Assembly (NCBI RefSeq): GCF_050320075.1
Contig: NZ_CP190018.1
DNA: 64,000 nt
Direction: 5' to 3' (one strand)
Origin: Escherichia coli
Lineage (GTDB): Bacteria; Pseudomonadota; Gammaproteobacteria; Enterobacterales; Enterobacteriaceae
Shown: positions 33,047 through 42,482 of the stretch, piece after piece
Layout: every line of letters begins with the position of its first letter
Position numbering within the stretch: position 1 is the stretch's first letter
Notes under the pieces: generated by a model
What the model saw: the letters and a program-made list of their open reading frames with translations, nothing else
Databases searched by the model: none
What the model was told of the DNA's origin: nothing
Made by a program: the position numbers and the translations under genes

Positions 33047-35023
33047 ATGCAGCTTAATCATATCGTTAAAAGTCTGCTAATAACGGGATTATTCACCACC
33101 AGTTCTTTACCTCTCCTCGCGGCGGAAGCTCCTAAAGACGCCACCGCAGCCACGCAACAAGCAAACAATTTACTCTACAACCAGTTGCCGTTTGCCGATA
33201 ACACTGACTTTACTGATGCCCATAAAGGTTTTATTGCCCCTATCCCTCAAGACGTGATTAAGGGCGAACAAGGGAATGTTATCTGGGATCCACAACATTA
33301 CGCTTTTATCAAAGAAGGCGATAAAGCCCCTGATACGGTGAATCCGAGTTTATGGCGTCAGGCGCAACTGATAAATATCAGCGGGTTATTCGAAGTAACT
33401 GAAGGTGTCTATCAGATTCGCAATCTCGATCTATCAAATATGACCATCATTGAAGGCAAAGAGGGTATTACCGTCGTTGATCCCCTTGTTTCAGCAGAAA
33501 CAGCCAAAGTGGGTATGGATCTCTATTACAAAAATCGCGGCAAAAAACCGGTAGTGGCGGTTATCTATACACACAGTCATGTCGATCACTACGGTGGTGT
33601 TCGTGGCGTAATTGATGAAGCTGACGTTAAATCAGGCAAAGTTAAAATCTATGCGCCAGCCGGATTTTTGGAGGAAGCCGTTTCCGAAAACATCATGGCT
33701 GGCAATGTTATGAGCCGACGAGCCAGTTATATGTATGGCAACTTATTGAAACCTGATGTTAAAGGCCAGGTGGGGGCTGGACTGGGAACGACTACTTCAG
33801 CAGGAACAGTCACGTTGATTGCTCCTACTAACTACATCACCAAAACCGGACAAATAGAAACTATTGACGGGTTGACTTATGATTTCCTGATGGCGCCAGG
33901 TTCTGAAGCGCCTTCTGAAATGCTGTGGTTTATTGAAGAAAAGAAACTGATCGAAACCGCTGAAGATGTCACGCACACCCTTCATAACACCTATTCGCTG
34001 CGTGGGGCTAAAATTCGCCAACCGCTGCCGTGGTCAAAATATATTAATGAAGCTCTCAATTTGTGGGGTGATAAAGCCGAGATTATTCTCGCTCAACATC
34101 ACTGGCCAACCTGGGGCAACGATAACGTGGTCAAACTGCTTAAAAGCCAGCGTGATTTGTATCGTTACATCAATGATCAAACTCTGCGCATGGCTAATCA
34201 AGGGATGACCCGTGATGAAATTGCCGCAAACTTTAAACTGCCCTCTTCACTGGCTAACACCTGGGCGAATCGCGGCTATTACGGTTCGGTAAGTCATGAC
34301 GTGAAAGCAACTTACGTGCTTTATCTCGGCTGGTTTGATGGTAACCCCGCGACGCTTGATGAACTGCCGCCAGAAGAAGGCGCAAAAAAATTCGTCGAGT
34401 ATATGGGCGGTGCTGATGCCATTTTACAGAAAGCCACACAGGATTATGACCAGGGTAATTTCCGCTGGGTTGCCCAAGTTGTTAGTAAGGTGGTGTTTGC
34501 CGATCCAAACAACCAGGCAGCGAGAGATCTGGAAGCTGATGCGCTTGAGCAGTTAGGCTATCAGGCTGAATCTGGGCCGTGGCGTAATTTCTATCTCACT
34601 GGTGCACAGGAATTGCGTAATGGCGTACAAAAATTACCAACACCAAATACTGCCAGCCCAGACACCGTGCGTGCGATGACGCCGGAGATGTTCTTTGATT
34701 ATCTTGCCGTCCATATTAATGGTGAGAAAGCGGCAGATGCCAAAACCGTGTTGAATTTCGATTTTGGTGAAGATGGCGGCACCTATAAAGTGGAGCTTGA
34801 AAATGGTGTTCTCAATCATACCGCTGGTGTAGAGGCTTCGGATGCTGATGCCACTATCACTCTGTCTCGTGATGTATTGAACAAAATTGTACTGAAAGAA
34901 GAGACGCTGAAAGAAGCCACGGCCAAAGGAGATGTCAAAATTACTGGCAATGAGGAAAAACTCAACGAGCTGTTAGGTTATATGGATAATTTTGAATTTT
35001 GGTTCAATATAGTGACACCATAA
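33047..35023 (+). CDS. Periplasmic alkyl/aryl-sulfatase, SdsA1/YjcS type (metallo-beta-lactamase fold plus SCP2-like C-terminus)
   Basis: A 658-aa ORF with GGAG upstream and signal peptide ...SSLPLLAAEAPKD. It has the HSHVDHYGG (HxHxDH) motif and the typical C-terminal tail ...GDVKITGNEEKLNELLGYMDNFEFWFNIVTP. As I recall the K-12 layout, it is not present at this locus there. Confidence 0.85.
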   Translation: MQLNHIVKSLLITGLFTTSSLPLLAAEAPKDATAATQQANNLLYNQLPFADNTDFTDAHKGFIAPIPQDVIKGEQGNVIWDPQHYAFIKEGDKAPDTVNPSLWRQAQLINISGLFEVTEGVYQIRNLDLSNMTIIEGKEGITVVDPLVSAETAKVGMDLYYKNRGKKPVVAVIYTHSHVDHYGGVRGVIDEADVKSGKVKIYAPAGFLEEAVSENIMAGNVMSRRASYMYGNLLKPDVKGQVGAGLGTTTSAGTVTLIAPTNYITKTGQIETIDGLTYDFLMAPGSEAPSEMLWFIEEKKLIETAEDVTHTLHNTYSLRGAKIRQPLPWSKYINEALNLWGDKAEIILAQHHWPTWGNDNVVKLLKSQRDLYRYINDQTLRMANQGMTRDEIAANFKLPSSLANTWANRGYYGSVSHDVKATYVLYLGWFDGNPATLDELPPEEGAKKFVEYMGGADAILQKATQDYDQGNFRWVAQVVSKVVFADPNNQAARDLEADALEQLGYQAESGPWRNFYLTGAQELRNGVQKLPTPNTASPDTVRAMTPEMFFDYLAVHINGEKAADAKTVLNFDFGEDGGTYKVELENGVLNHTAGVEASDADATITLSRDVLNKIVLKEETLKEATAKGDVKITGNEEKLNELLGYMDNFEFWFNIVTP

Positions 35024-35037
35024 ATTTACTGCATACC

Positions 35038-35060
35038 GGGCAGGTATCCTGCCCTTTTTT
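35038..35060 (+). terminator. Rho-independent terminator after the sulfatase gene
   Basis: GGGCAGGtatCCTGCCC followed by TTTTTT. Confidence 0.8.
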
Positions 35061-35069
35061 GGTTAAAAA

Positions 35070-36167
35070 ATGGCTGAACGAAGAAAAACTCATCACTCAT
35101 GGAAAACCCGCCGCGATATGGTTATTCGCGGCATGACGATTAGTTTGCCATGGTTTGCTTTTATCAATGTCAGTTTTGCATTGATAATTTTGCTGCGCCG
35201 TGTTCTGTTTAATGACCTTACTCCACCCTGGTTAAATGAAAAAAGCCTTATACATTCTATTGATATATCTGCAACGGGTATTCTGCTGATTTGCAGTGGT
35301 TTACTACTCATCCCTCGGCAAAAAACATTACCTATCCAGGTGCTATTAGTTGCCCTGAGCCTGCTATGGTCATGGTGTAGTTATCACTTTATTGCGTACT
35401 GGACGCTGCAGTTTGCTTATCCACTATGTGTATTATTAATGCTTAGTGGCGTTGTCGCACTTTATTTCCATACCCCATCATTGCTCGCATTTGTCATTCC
35501 CTTATGGTTCACCACTCCAATAGCGAGTCTTATGCTTAATCAACAGATCAATATTCATTTTGCTGTTGTATGGTGTATTTTTTCACTGGCGCTATATGGT
35601 GGGCGACTCATTTTGTTACGTTGGTTTGAAGAAGCATGGGTACAAAACAGTTATAACAACCAGTTAATTAATCGCCTTGATGCATTAGCACATCGTGATC
35701 CTTTAACTGGGATAGCAAACCGACGTGCAATGAACAGTATCTTACACGACGCGATGGATAACGGCGGGTCATTTGCTCTTATTATGCTGGATGTCGATTT
35801 TTTTAAACGTTACAACGACACTTACGGGCATCCTGCTGGGGATCGTTGTCTAATACAAGTTGCCGACGCTCTACAGCGTTCAACTCGCCAGTCGGAGGAT
35901 GTTGTTGTCCGTTATGGTGGCGAAGAGTTTGCCATCATACTTTTTAATGCAACATTGCCGGAAGCAGAGACGGTAGCAGCCAGAGTGAAGCAAGAACTTA
36001 AACTGGCAGCTATCCCACATCAGGCATCTGCTGTTAATGCATTTGTTACGGTTAGTCAGGGGATTACCTGTTCTGCTCCCGCAAAAACGGCTGAACAAAT
36101 TATTTCAGATGCCGACGCTGCGTTATACCGGGCGAAAGAAAGTGGGCGAAATCGATGGGCTTTATAA
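35070..36167 (+). CDS. Membrane-anchored diguanylate cyclase (about 6 TM N-terminal domain plus GGDEF domain, active-site GGEEF)
   Basis: A 365-aa ORF. The hydrophobic N-terminal half is followed by RDPLTGIANRRAM...DVDFFKRYNDTYGHPAGD...RYGGEEFAIILF. The start is uncertain: ATG 35070 lies only 10 nt after the terminator T-run, and in-frame alternative ATGs are at 35118 and 35133. Confidence 0.85.
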   Translation: MAERRKTHHSWKTRRDMVIRGMTISLPWFAFINVSFALIILLRRVLFNDLTPPWLNEKSLIHSIDISATGILLICSGLLLIPRQKTLPIQVLLVALSLLWSWCSYHFIAYWTLQFAYPLCVLLMLSGVVALYFHTPSLLAFVIPLWFTTPIASLMLNQQINIHFAVVWCIFSLALYGGRLILLRWFEEAWVQNSYNNQLINRLDALAHRDPLTGIANRRAMNSILHDAMDNGGSFALIMLDVDFFKRYNDTYGHPAGDRCLIQVADALQRSTRQSEDVVVRYGGEEFAIILFNATLPEAETVAARVKQELKLAAIPHQASAVNAFVTVSQGITCSAPAKTAEQIISDADAALYRAKESGRNRWAL

Positions 36168-36224
36168 GCATTAGGGGACTGGACAGATTACGTCTCTCCT
36201 CGCTTAACAAGGGCTGACGGAGGG

Positions 36225-37061
36225 TAATAATTGTCTATAGCTATCTTCTTAGCGATGTCTTTCTGGTATCACATTGGATCGGTGCAATTATTTTTCCTTT
36301 AATACCCATTATGTTAAGAAATTCAGAAACAGCTGTAATCTCATTGTTTTTTTCATTCGTCTTGATCTTCCAAGGAATCTGACTGTGCATTATTGAGAAC
36401 ACACTAATAACGTGAATCGCTCCCTTGCGACGACTCTTGTCATAAGAGTACCGGAGCGTTTTTCCATCAATTGCAATGACGTCTTTATCATCTGAAGAAT
36501 GGCAGTCAAGCATCCAGTTAATAAAGCACTCATAAAATTTTTCAGGACTGATACAGGATACAACTCTGGCAATGGTATCGTGAACAGGAATACCATTATC
36601 AAAATCACCATATTGCTTCAAAAAATCGAGATGTGTTTCCCCAAAATCCTCTATATCTTCCCAGCCTTCTGCACCCGAAATAACGGCACAAATAGTCAAC
36701 AGTAGAATATCCGATAATTTATGTTCCACTTTCCAGGCTTGTCTGTAATCGGGGATAATAGAAATATGTCCCATCAATTTTTTAAGTTCCATTTTGTTCT
36801 CCTTAATTATGTAAGGAGTATTTGATCATGTATACGCAATAAAAAACAGCTTCAGGTAATGAGGAATATCTCAATTGTTAAACATAAAATGCGAATTGTC
36901 TAGTACAAAAAAGCAGCGTTACGTGATCTTTCCGTGGATCGTCAAATTGTTCGAGAGAAAATACCAACATGATGGATTTTACTGTAAAAGTAATGTCGTA
37001 GTTTAAAAACTCATCATCCGGTAAAGCCTTGTGGGGCGTGGGCTTTCATACTTTTACCCTG
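36225..37061 (-). mobile_element. H-repeat / ISAs1-family element, 3'-truncated remnant
   Basis: The outer end ...GGGCTTTCATACTTTTACCCTG at 37061 matches the inverted repeat of the complete copy at 43800. The transposase frame degenerates after about residue 165, and homology (…QKDIAKKI in a shifted frame) stops near 36225. Confidence 0.75.
36241..36792 (-). pseudogene. ydcC: H-repeat (ISAs1-family, DDE) transposase N-terminal fragment
   Basis: [62 protein letters not shown]... The 183 aa compare with about 378 aa for a full-length H-rpt protein. The end is frameshifted. Confidence 0.8.
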
Positions 37062-37377
37062 ATGTCTGCTATACGCCGGACACCCTTTACGTAGCATTCG
37101 GAATTCACCCGTAAATTTATCACGGCGGTATCACGAAACCTCCGGTTCTGATGCCGCTTAGGACTAACGACACGTCAACACAGGTTCGGGTTTATTCATT
37201 TCACTGTATCTCATATAATCTGAGCACTCCCCCTGCGCTCGCTACTATGACTCTTTACCACAGCAACCGGGGTTGTTTGGGATCGGCTTTCAACAGCAGA
37301 TCCCGGTGGCTATTGCAAGTAAGTCTACTTTCCACATCAGTGTTACTGACACAGAAAATAATGAGTTATGATCCTTG

Positions 37378-37863
37378 TCATATTTTTAATATAGCCCCAT
37401 GAGCTATAGGATCAAAACCTTCTAACCATGAGGTGTTTTTATCGAATAATGCATCTGTTATATTTATATCGCCATATCTATCACATAATAAATTAGCGCC
37501 ACATAAGTCAGCACCAGAAAAATTTGAATCTTTAACGTCTGCATTGCAAAAGGTTGAATTAGTTAATATAGCACCCTCAAAGTTTGCACCTATTGACCTT
37601 GAATTACTAAAGTCACTTCCAGTGAAATCTGAGTTATTAAGAATAGCGTTCATCAGAGCCGCATTGCGAAAGACAGCATTTCTAGTTGATGTATGTTGAA
37701 TCATTACATTTCTTAAATGGGAATTTTCAAATTTCGCCCCATCAAGACAATAACCATTGAGGATGGCACGATGTAGATCCATCCCGCTAAAATCATATCC
37801 AGCAAGAGTGGTACTATCTATATCAAGAAATTTATTGGTTATTAAAAACGCGATTCTTATCAT
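37378..37863 (-). CDS. ydcD: Pentapeptide-repeat protein, candidate RhsE immunity protein
   Basis: A 161-aa ORF with about 20 consecutive A(D/N)LXX-type pentads ([30 protein letters not shown] ... [10 protein letters not shown]). Its ATG overlaps the rhsE stop (ATGA). Confidence 0.85.
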   Translation of the reverse strand: MIRIAFLITNKFLDIDSTTLAGYDFSGMDLHRAILNGYCLDGAKFENSHLRNVMIQHTSTRNAVFRNAALMNAILNNSDFTGSDFSNSRSIGANFEGAILTNSTFCNADVKDSNFSGADLCGANLLCDRYGDINITDALFDKNTSWLEGFDPIAHGAILKI

Positions 37864-40800
37864 CTATTCCCCCAATCATCTAACTCCGGAAAAATTTGGC
37901 TAAACGGATATAGTGGTGCCGATAATGGACGCGTACCTGGCCGCTCAGGAGGAAGTTTATCACATAACAGACCCGCAACCATCCTGTGATTACCATTAAC
38001 AATCACATTCCCATCCATATCAACCGGTGGTGCTCCACTACCATCTTCCAGCATTTGTACGTAGTGAGCTACTACGGGTACTGAGACTTTTTGTTGTACT
38101 GTCAACAAGGGACTGTTGGCCACAACCATCCTGATGTTTTCAGGTGTCGTAGGTAAACATTTAGTCTTCTCTTGACTAAAGGTATCATCCCACAATTTTG
38201 TTAAACCCATCACTGCCTGTTGTCTGTATTTATCCATGGGGTCAGCAATCAACCAAGATGGACCTGACTGCTCTATGGAATCTTCTCCGGAGAGACCCAA
38301 CGGATCTATCTTAGTAGTTGGATTCAATGGATACTGATACAGGTTCCATGCACCTCTTAGCCCAATGGGATCCTGGGTGATATACCGCCCCTGCAACGGG
38401 TCATAGTACCGGTTGCGGTTATAGTACAGCCCCGACTCCTCATCATACTGCTGCCCCGGCAGACGGTACGGCTGTTGCAGTTGCTGCGCGCTGGTTTCGC
38501 CCAGCAGGTTTCCCCACTCGTCATACTCCCCCTGCCACGCCGTTTCCCCTTCCGGGCTGATGAGCGCCTGCGGCAGCCCCCGGTGGTCGCAGTGGTAAAG
38601 ATGAAGTGTCCTCTCCGGGATGTATTCCGCCTCCATCTGGTTTTTCATCTGTTCCGCCGTCAGCCCGCACTGCTGAAGCCATGCCTCACTCTCCGCACTC
38701 ACCGCACCCGCGCGCAGTTCCCGCTCCAGCCTCCCCAGCATCACCGACAGCTCCGCCGGTAGCGTCACCCCCGTGTCCTCCTGCAACACCTCCGCCAGAC
38801 TCCGGTGCCGCGCCTTCGCCTGTTCACCATTCTCTGTTTCGATTCTGATGAGCGGCGTGAAGCTCCCCGGCTGGTATACCGTCTGGATACGCGTGGTGCC
38901 GGTCTGTACCGTCGTCAGCCTGTCACCGTCCCACCCGTACCAGGTCTCCTCCGGTTTACGCGACAGCGACATCCACCCCGTCAGGTCACGCTCCCGCCGC
39001 CACACCCGTTTCCCCGTCCGGCGGCCCAGCGGGTCATAGAGGTAGCGGCTCTCCACCTGTGGCTCGCCGTGCTGTATCCGCGTGTAGAACACCAGGCGGT
39101 GCTGGCTGTCGTAATGGTAGTGGTGCGTCCGCTCGTCGTGCATCCGTATCACCCCTTCCGGGATACGGTCCGTCTTCTCCGCCAGCCTGCCGTATTCATC
39201 GTAGCGGTAGACATAGTGCGCATCTTCCGTGATGCGGTTATCCGGCCACGCCGTGAAGGTGCTGTCCGGGTGCAGTTCCGGGTCCGGCAGCCGGTTTCCT
39301 GCCGGGTCCGTCGCATACGGGATATCGATATCCAGGTTCGCCGCCGTGGTGTGAACGCCCGTCAGTCTTCCCGTGTCGCTGTAACGGTACTTCCGGCTCT
39401 CCTGCGGGCCGCTGATGCGCACCAGTTGCCCGTTATCGTTCCACGTATACTCACGGTCAAGCTGCGGAAGGTTCAGGTGCCTGCTCCGGAGCTGCCCTGT
39501 GAGGGTGTACGCCGTGGCCTGTTCGTACCCCGCTGTACTGCCCGCCCCGCCGAAGCTGCGGGCCGTCTCACGGTGCAGCCGGTCCCGCGTGTACTCGACC
39601 AGCGGCGTTCCGCCCAGCTTCATCCCCGCAAGATAACCGCTGCCATACGTCAGCCACTCCACCGGCGGCAGACCGTCCGGCTCCTGACGGGTCGCCAGCC
39701 CCTGTTCGCTGTAGACGTGCCTCGTCTCATGCTCCCACAGCATCTCCCCCGTCTCCTGGTTCTCCACCGTCTGCCGTTCGCCCGTCAGGCGGCCTTTATC
39801 GTCATAGCCGTAGTGGACCGCCACACGGTGGCCTTCGCTCAGGTGGCTGATTTCTGTCAGCCAGCCGTGGTCGTCATACTGCCACTGCTCCGCCGGGTCG
39901 CCGTTCACCGTCCGGTGCGTGATGCGCCCGGCGTCATCGTAGTACCACTGCGTGACCTGCCCCTCATCCTCGCTGCGGATGAGCTGCCCTGTGGCGCTGT
40001 ACCGGTAACGCTGTGTCCTGCCGTCAAAGCCGCGCTGCTCCGTCAGCCTGTCCACCGGGTCATACCGGAACGTGGACTGGCTGCCGTTCTCGTTGGTCAG
40101 CACGGTGATGCGCCCGGCGGCGTCATACTCCATGCTGCGCGTCAGTCCGCCCTGCGTGGTGCTGACGGCCTTTCCCCACGCATCATACTGTGTCTCACTC
40201 CGGCTGCCGTTCGGGGCAATGATAGCGGTGAGGTCGCCTGCGGCGCTGTACTCATAACGGGTTTCACGTCCCTGCGCATCCTTCTGACTGACCAGTTGAC
40301 CACGCGGGTTATAACTGCTGTAAGTGCTGATGCCTTCCTCCCGGTGAACCGCCGTCCTCTGACCGTACCGGTCGTATTCATACCGCGTCGTGTACCCTGA
40401 ACAGTCCGTAAATGCCTGAAGCTGACCGTACCGGTTTCGCGTTATTCTCCGCCTCACCCCGGTTCCGTCTTCCACCGCACAGGGCAGGCCACTGCGGGAA
40501 GAATCATAAAACCAGCGCGTAATGTTACCGTTGCGCGAGACCTCTTCCGCCAGCCTGCCCTGACGGTCATATTTCCGGCTGCGGCGCAGCCCGTCCGGGT
40601 ACGTCACTGACGTCAGTTGCAACTGGTTGTTGTAACCATACCGTACCGTCCTGCCGTCCGGCAGTATCACTGAAGTCAGCTTTCCCGACGCCATATGCAG
40701 CCGGTACTCCGTCCGCCGTCCCGCCGCATCCGTCTGCGCCTTCAGCCTCCCCGCCTCATCATACTCGCTGCGGGTGATGCTCCCGTCCCCATACTCCTTC

Positions 40801-42071
40801 TTCACCACCCGCTTCAGGCCGCCCTCGCCCTCCGTGTACAGCACCTCCCGCCGGTTCAGGCTGTCCGTGATGGTCACGCGGTCCTGCCCGTACTCAAAGC
40901 GGTAGTCCAGCCCCTCCGGGTTGACCTGCTCCGTCACCCGACCGGTATCATCATACCGGTAGCGGCTCTCCGGCCTCCCCGCATAATGGTGCGCCACCAT
41001 CCGCCCGGCGTGCTCCGCATCATAAGTAAACCCGCGCACCTGCGTCCCGCTGCGGTCATACACCGCCCGCAGTTCTCCGCTGGCCGTGTACGTGTAGCGC
41101 GCCAGCGGCGCAGTCGGCAGTTCATCCGGGTATGCCGGGTCGTGTGTCAGCCATACCGCCTCCAGCCGGATACCGTTATCGGCACCGTACTCTGTACCGG
41201 TGGGCAGCGTGTCGGGGAAAAACTGAGAAGAGGAAACAGAACGGGGACTGGCCGGAGAAGATAAAGAAGACTCGCGCTGTTTACGGAAGGCTTTCGCCCG
41301 CTGCGCCTGTGTGGTCAGCGCCAGATGAAAACGGCGGCCCGCGCCGTCCGTCACCCCCGTCACCGCGCCCGCCGCTTCCCCCTCTGCCGCCCGGTGGAAG
41401 GCCAGCGTCCGCCCGAAGCCGTCCACCACGCCCGTCAGCACCCGGTATGCGGGCGGCTCCGGCGGCAGCACCTCGTCCGCCTCCGGCACCCGCTCCGGCC
41501 AGCCGAGTATCCACCACGGCCCCTGAAGGCTGTTTGTCGCCAGGTACACATGCGGGCTTAAGCGGAGACTCTCCGGCAGCACCTGCCAGAGCGCGCTTAG
41601 CGGCTGCGAACTGTGCTGCTCCGCCACCCCGCCCCTTGCCAGCCAGAACGACTCGCTGCGGCTGTAGCTTATCTCGCCGGGAAACAGCGGCTCAAAGTGA
41701 ATGCTCCTGCCGCCACTGTCGTTGAGTATCAGTTCCCGCTCATGAACCTGTAAGCGGATATCGAAGGGCGCTTTCCAGCCGGGACCAAACACCCCCACCG
41801 GCGCGGGTGTCCTGGTCCGGTAGCTGCTGTAGGCGCGGGAAAGAATAAACGGCAACGGGCCGGGCAGCGCAAGATCCGTCTCGCCCGGCAGCACCTTCGC
41901 ACCCAGTAGCGGGTTCACCGGGTTACCCTTCTGCTCCTCCACCGGGCTGTTGGGACACACCGAGCAGGCCACTCCCGTCGGCGCACCTATCAGCACCCCC
42001 GCTGAACCCTGCACAATATCCAGTCCCTTGCGGGTCATATCGCCCTGTCGCGCCGCCGGTTTTCCGCTCAT
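37860..42071 (-). CDS. rhsE: Full-length Rhs polymorphic toxin (N-terminal PAAR-like domain, YD-repeat shell, variable C-terminal toxin tip)
   Basis: A 1403-aa protein starting [16 protein letters not shown]...[12 protein letters not shown]. It has many YD/RY repeats, and the core ends at ...[39 protein letters not shown]. The core is GC-rich, and the last roughly 430 nt are AT-rich. Confidence 0.93.
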   Translation of the reverse strand: MSGKPAARQGDMTRKGLDIVQGSAGVLIGAPTGVACSVCPNSPVEEQKGNPVNPLLGAKVLPGETDLALPGPLPFILSRAYSSYRTRTPAPVGVFGPGWKAPFDIRLQVHERELILNDSGGRSIHFEPLFPGEISYSRSESFWLARGGVAEQHSSQPLSALWQVLPESLRLSPHVYLATNSLQGPWWILGWPERVPEADEVLPPEPPAYRVLTGVVDGFGRTLAFHRAAEGEAAGAVTGVTDGAGRRFHLALTTQAQRAKAFRKQRESSLSSPASPRSVSSSQFFPDTLPTGTEYGADNGIRLEAVWLTHDPAYPDELPTAPLARYTYTASGELRAVYDRSGTQVRGFTYDAEHAGRMVAHHYAGRPESRYRYDDTGRVTEQVNPEGLDYRFEYGQDRVTITDSLNRREVLYTEGEGGLKRVVKKEYGDGSITRSEYDEAGRLKAQTDAAGRRTEYRLHMASGKLTSVILPDGRTVRYGYNNQLQLTSVTYPDGLRRSRKYDRQGRLAEEVSRNGNITRWFYDSSRSGLPCAVEDGTGVRRRITRNRYGQLQAFTDCSGYTTRYEYDRYGQRTAVHREEGISTYSSYNPRGQLVSQKDAQGRETRYEYSAAGDLTAIIAPNGSRSETQYDAWGKAVSTTQGGLTRSMEYDAAGRITVLTNENGSQSTFRYDPVDRLTEQRGFDGRTQRYRYSATGQLIRSEDEGQVTQWYYDDAGRITHRTVNGDPAEQWQYDDHGWLTEISHLSEGHRVAVHYGYDDKGRLTGERQTVENQETGEMLWEHETRHVYSEQGLATRQEPDGLPPVEWLTYGSGYLAGMKLGGTPLVEYTRDRLHRETARSFGGAGSTAGYEQATAYTLTGQLRSRHLNLPQLDREYTWNDNGQLVRISGPQESRKYRYSDTGRLTGVHTTAANLDIDIPYATDPAGNRLPDPELHPDSTFTAWPDNRITEDAHYVYRYDEYGRLAEKTDRIPEGVIRMHDERTHHYHYDSQHRLVFYTRIQHGEPQVESRYLYDPLGRRTGKRVWRRERDLTGWMSLSRKPEETWYGWDGDRLTTVQTGTTRIQTVYQPGSFTPLIRIETENGEQAKARHRSLAEVLQEDTGVTLPAELSVMLGRLERELRAGAVSAESEAWLQQCGLTAEQMKNQMEAEYIPERTLHLYHCDHRGLPQALISPEGETAWQGEYDEWGNLLGETSAQQLQQPYRLPGQQYDEESGLYYNRNRYYDPLQGRYITQDPIGLRGAWNLYQYPLNPTTKIDPLGLSGEDSIEQSGPSWLIADPMDKYRQQAVMGLTKLWDDTFSQEKTKCLPTTPENIRMVVANSPLLTVQQKVSVPVVAHYVQMLEDGSGAPPVDMDGNVIVNGNHRMVAGLLCDKLPPERPGTRPLSAPLYPFSQIFPELDDWGNR

Positions 42072-42090
42072 GGTTTATTCCTTAAATTAT

Positions 42091-42282
42091 TTATGGTTTT
42101 ATTCTGAGTGCAATCCATACTGATTCATAACCAGTGAATAAGATTTCCCCGAATAATCTATATAAATTAGCGAAGTCCTCTTCACTAATTAACCGTAAAA
42201 TCCCGTACCAATGAAATATAAAAATAACCACCCACACAAATTTATTGCAAATATTATTTATTATTGTATATACATCATTCAC
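42091..42282 (-). CDS. yncH: Small hydrophobic protein upstream of rhsE
   Basis: A 63-aa ORF, MNDVYTIINNICNKFVWVVIFIFHWYGILRL..., ending 19 nt before the rhsE ATG. The K-12 positional equivalent is yncH. Whether it is really coding is uncertain. Confidence 0.55.
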   Translation of the reverse strand: MNDVYTIINNICNKFVWVVIFIFHWYGILRLISEEDFANLYRLFGEILFTGYESVWIALRIKP

Positions 42283-42482
42283 TGAACGTTCTCAAACTGC
42301 ATACCTTAGAACCATCAATTAAAGCCACAACAAAAAAAATCGATTACTTTATGTCGCATGACAAATATGAATTACATATTAATCAACCTTAAAAACAATC
42401 ATCTCTTATAATTAACAGCATACCATGAGAAACACAAAATCAATTTACCATGCATACCAGGAGCATAATTAACCTCTCACCG

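Noticed and set aside
37151-37402. An 83-aa ORF in the spacer after the immunity gene
   Set aside because: It has no Shine-Dalgarno sequence, overlaps the 3' end of ydcD on the opposite strand, and has a low-complexity Ser/Thr/Leu composition. It is probably non-coding.
38475-41725. Long plus-strand ORFs (up to 531 aa) inside rhsE, rich in Pro/Arg/Ala
   Set aside because: They are antisense shadow frames of the GC-rich YD-repeat core. They have no start context or domain signatures. The minus-strand Rhs frame explains the region.
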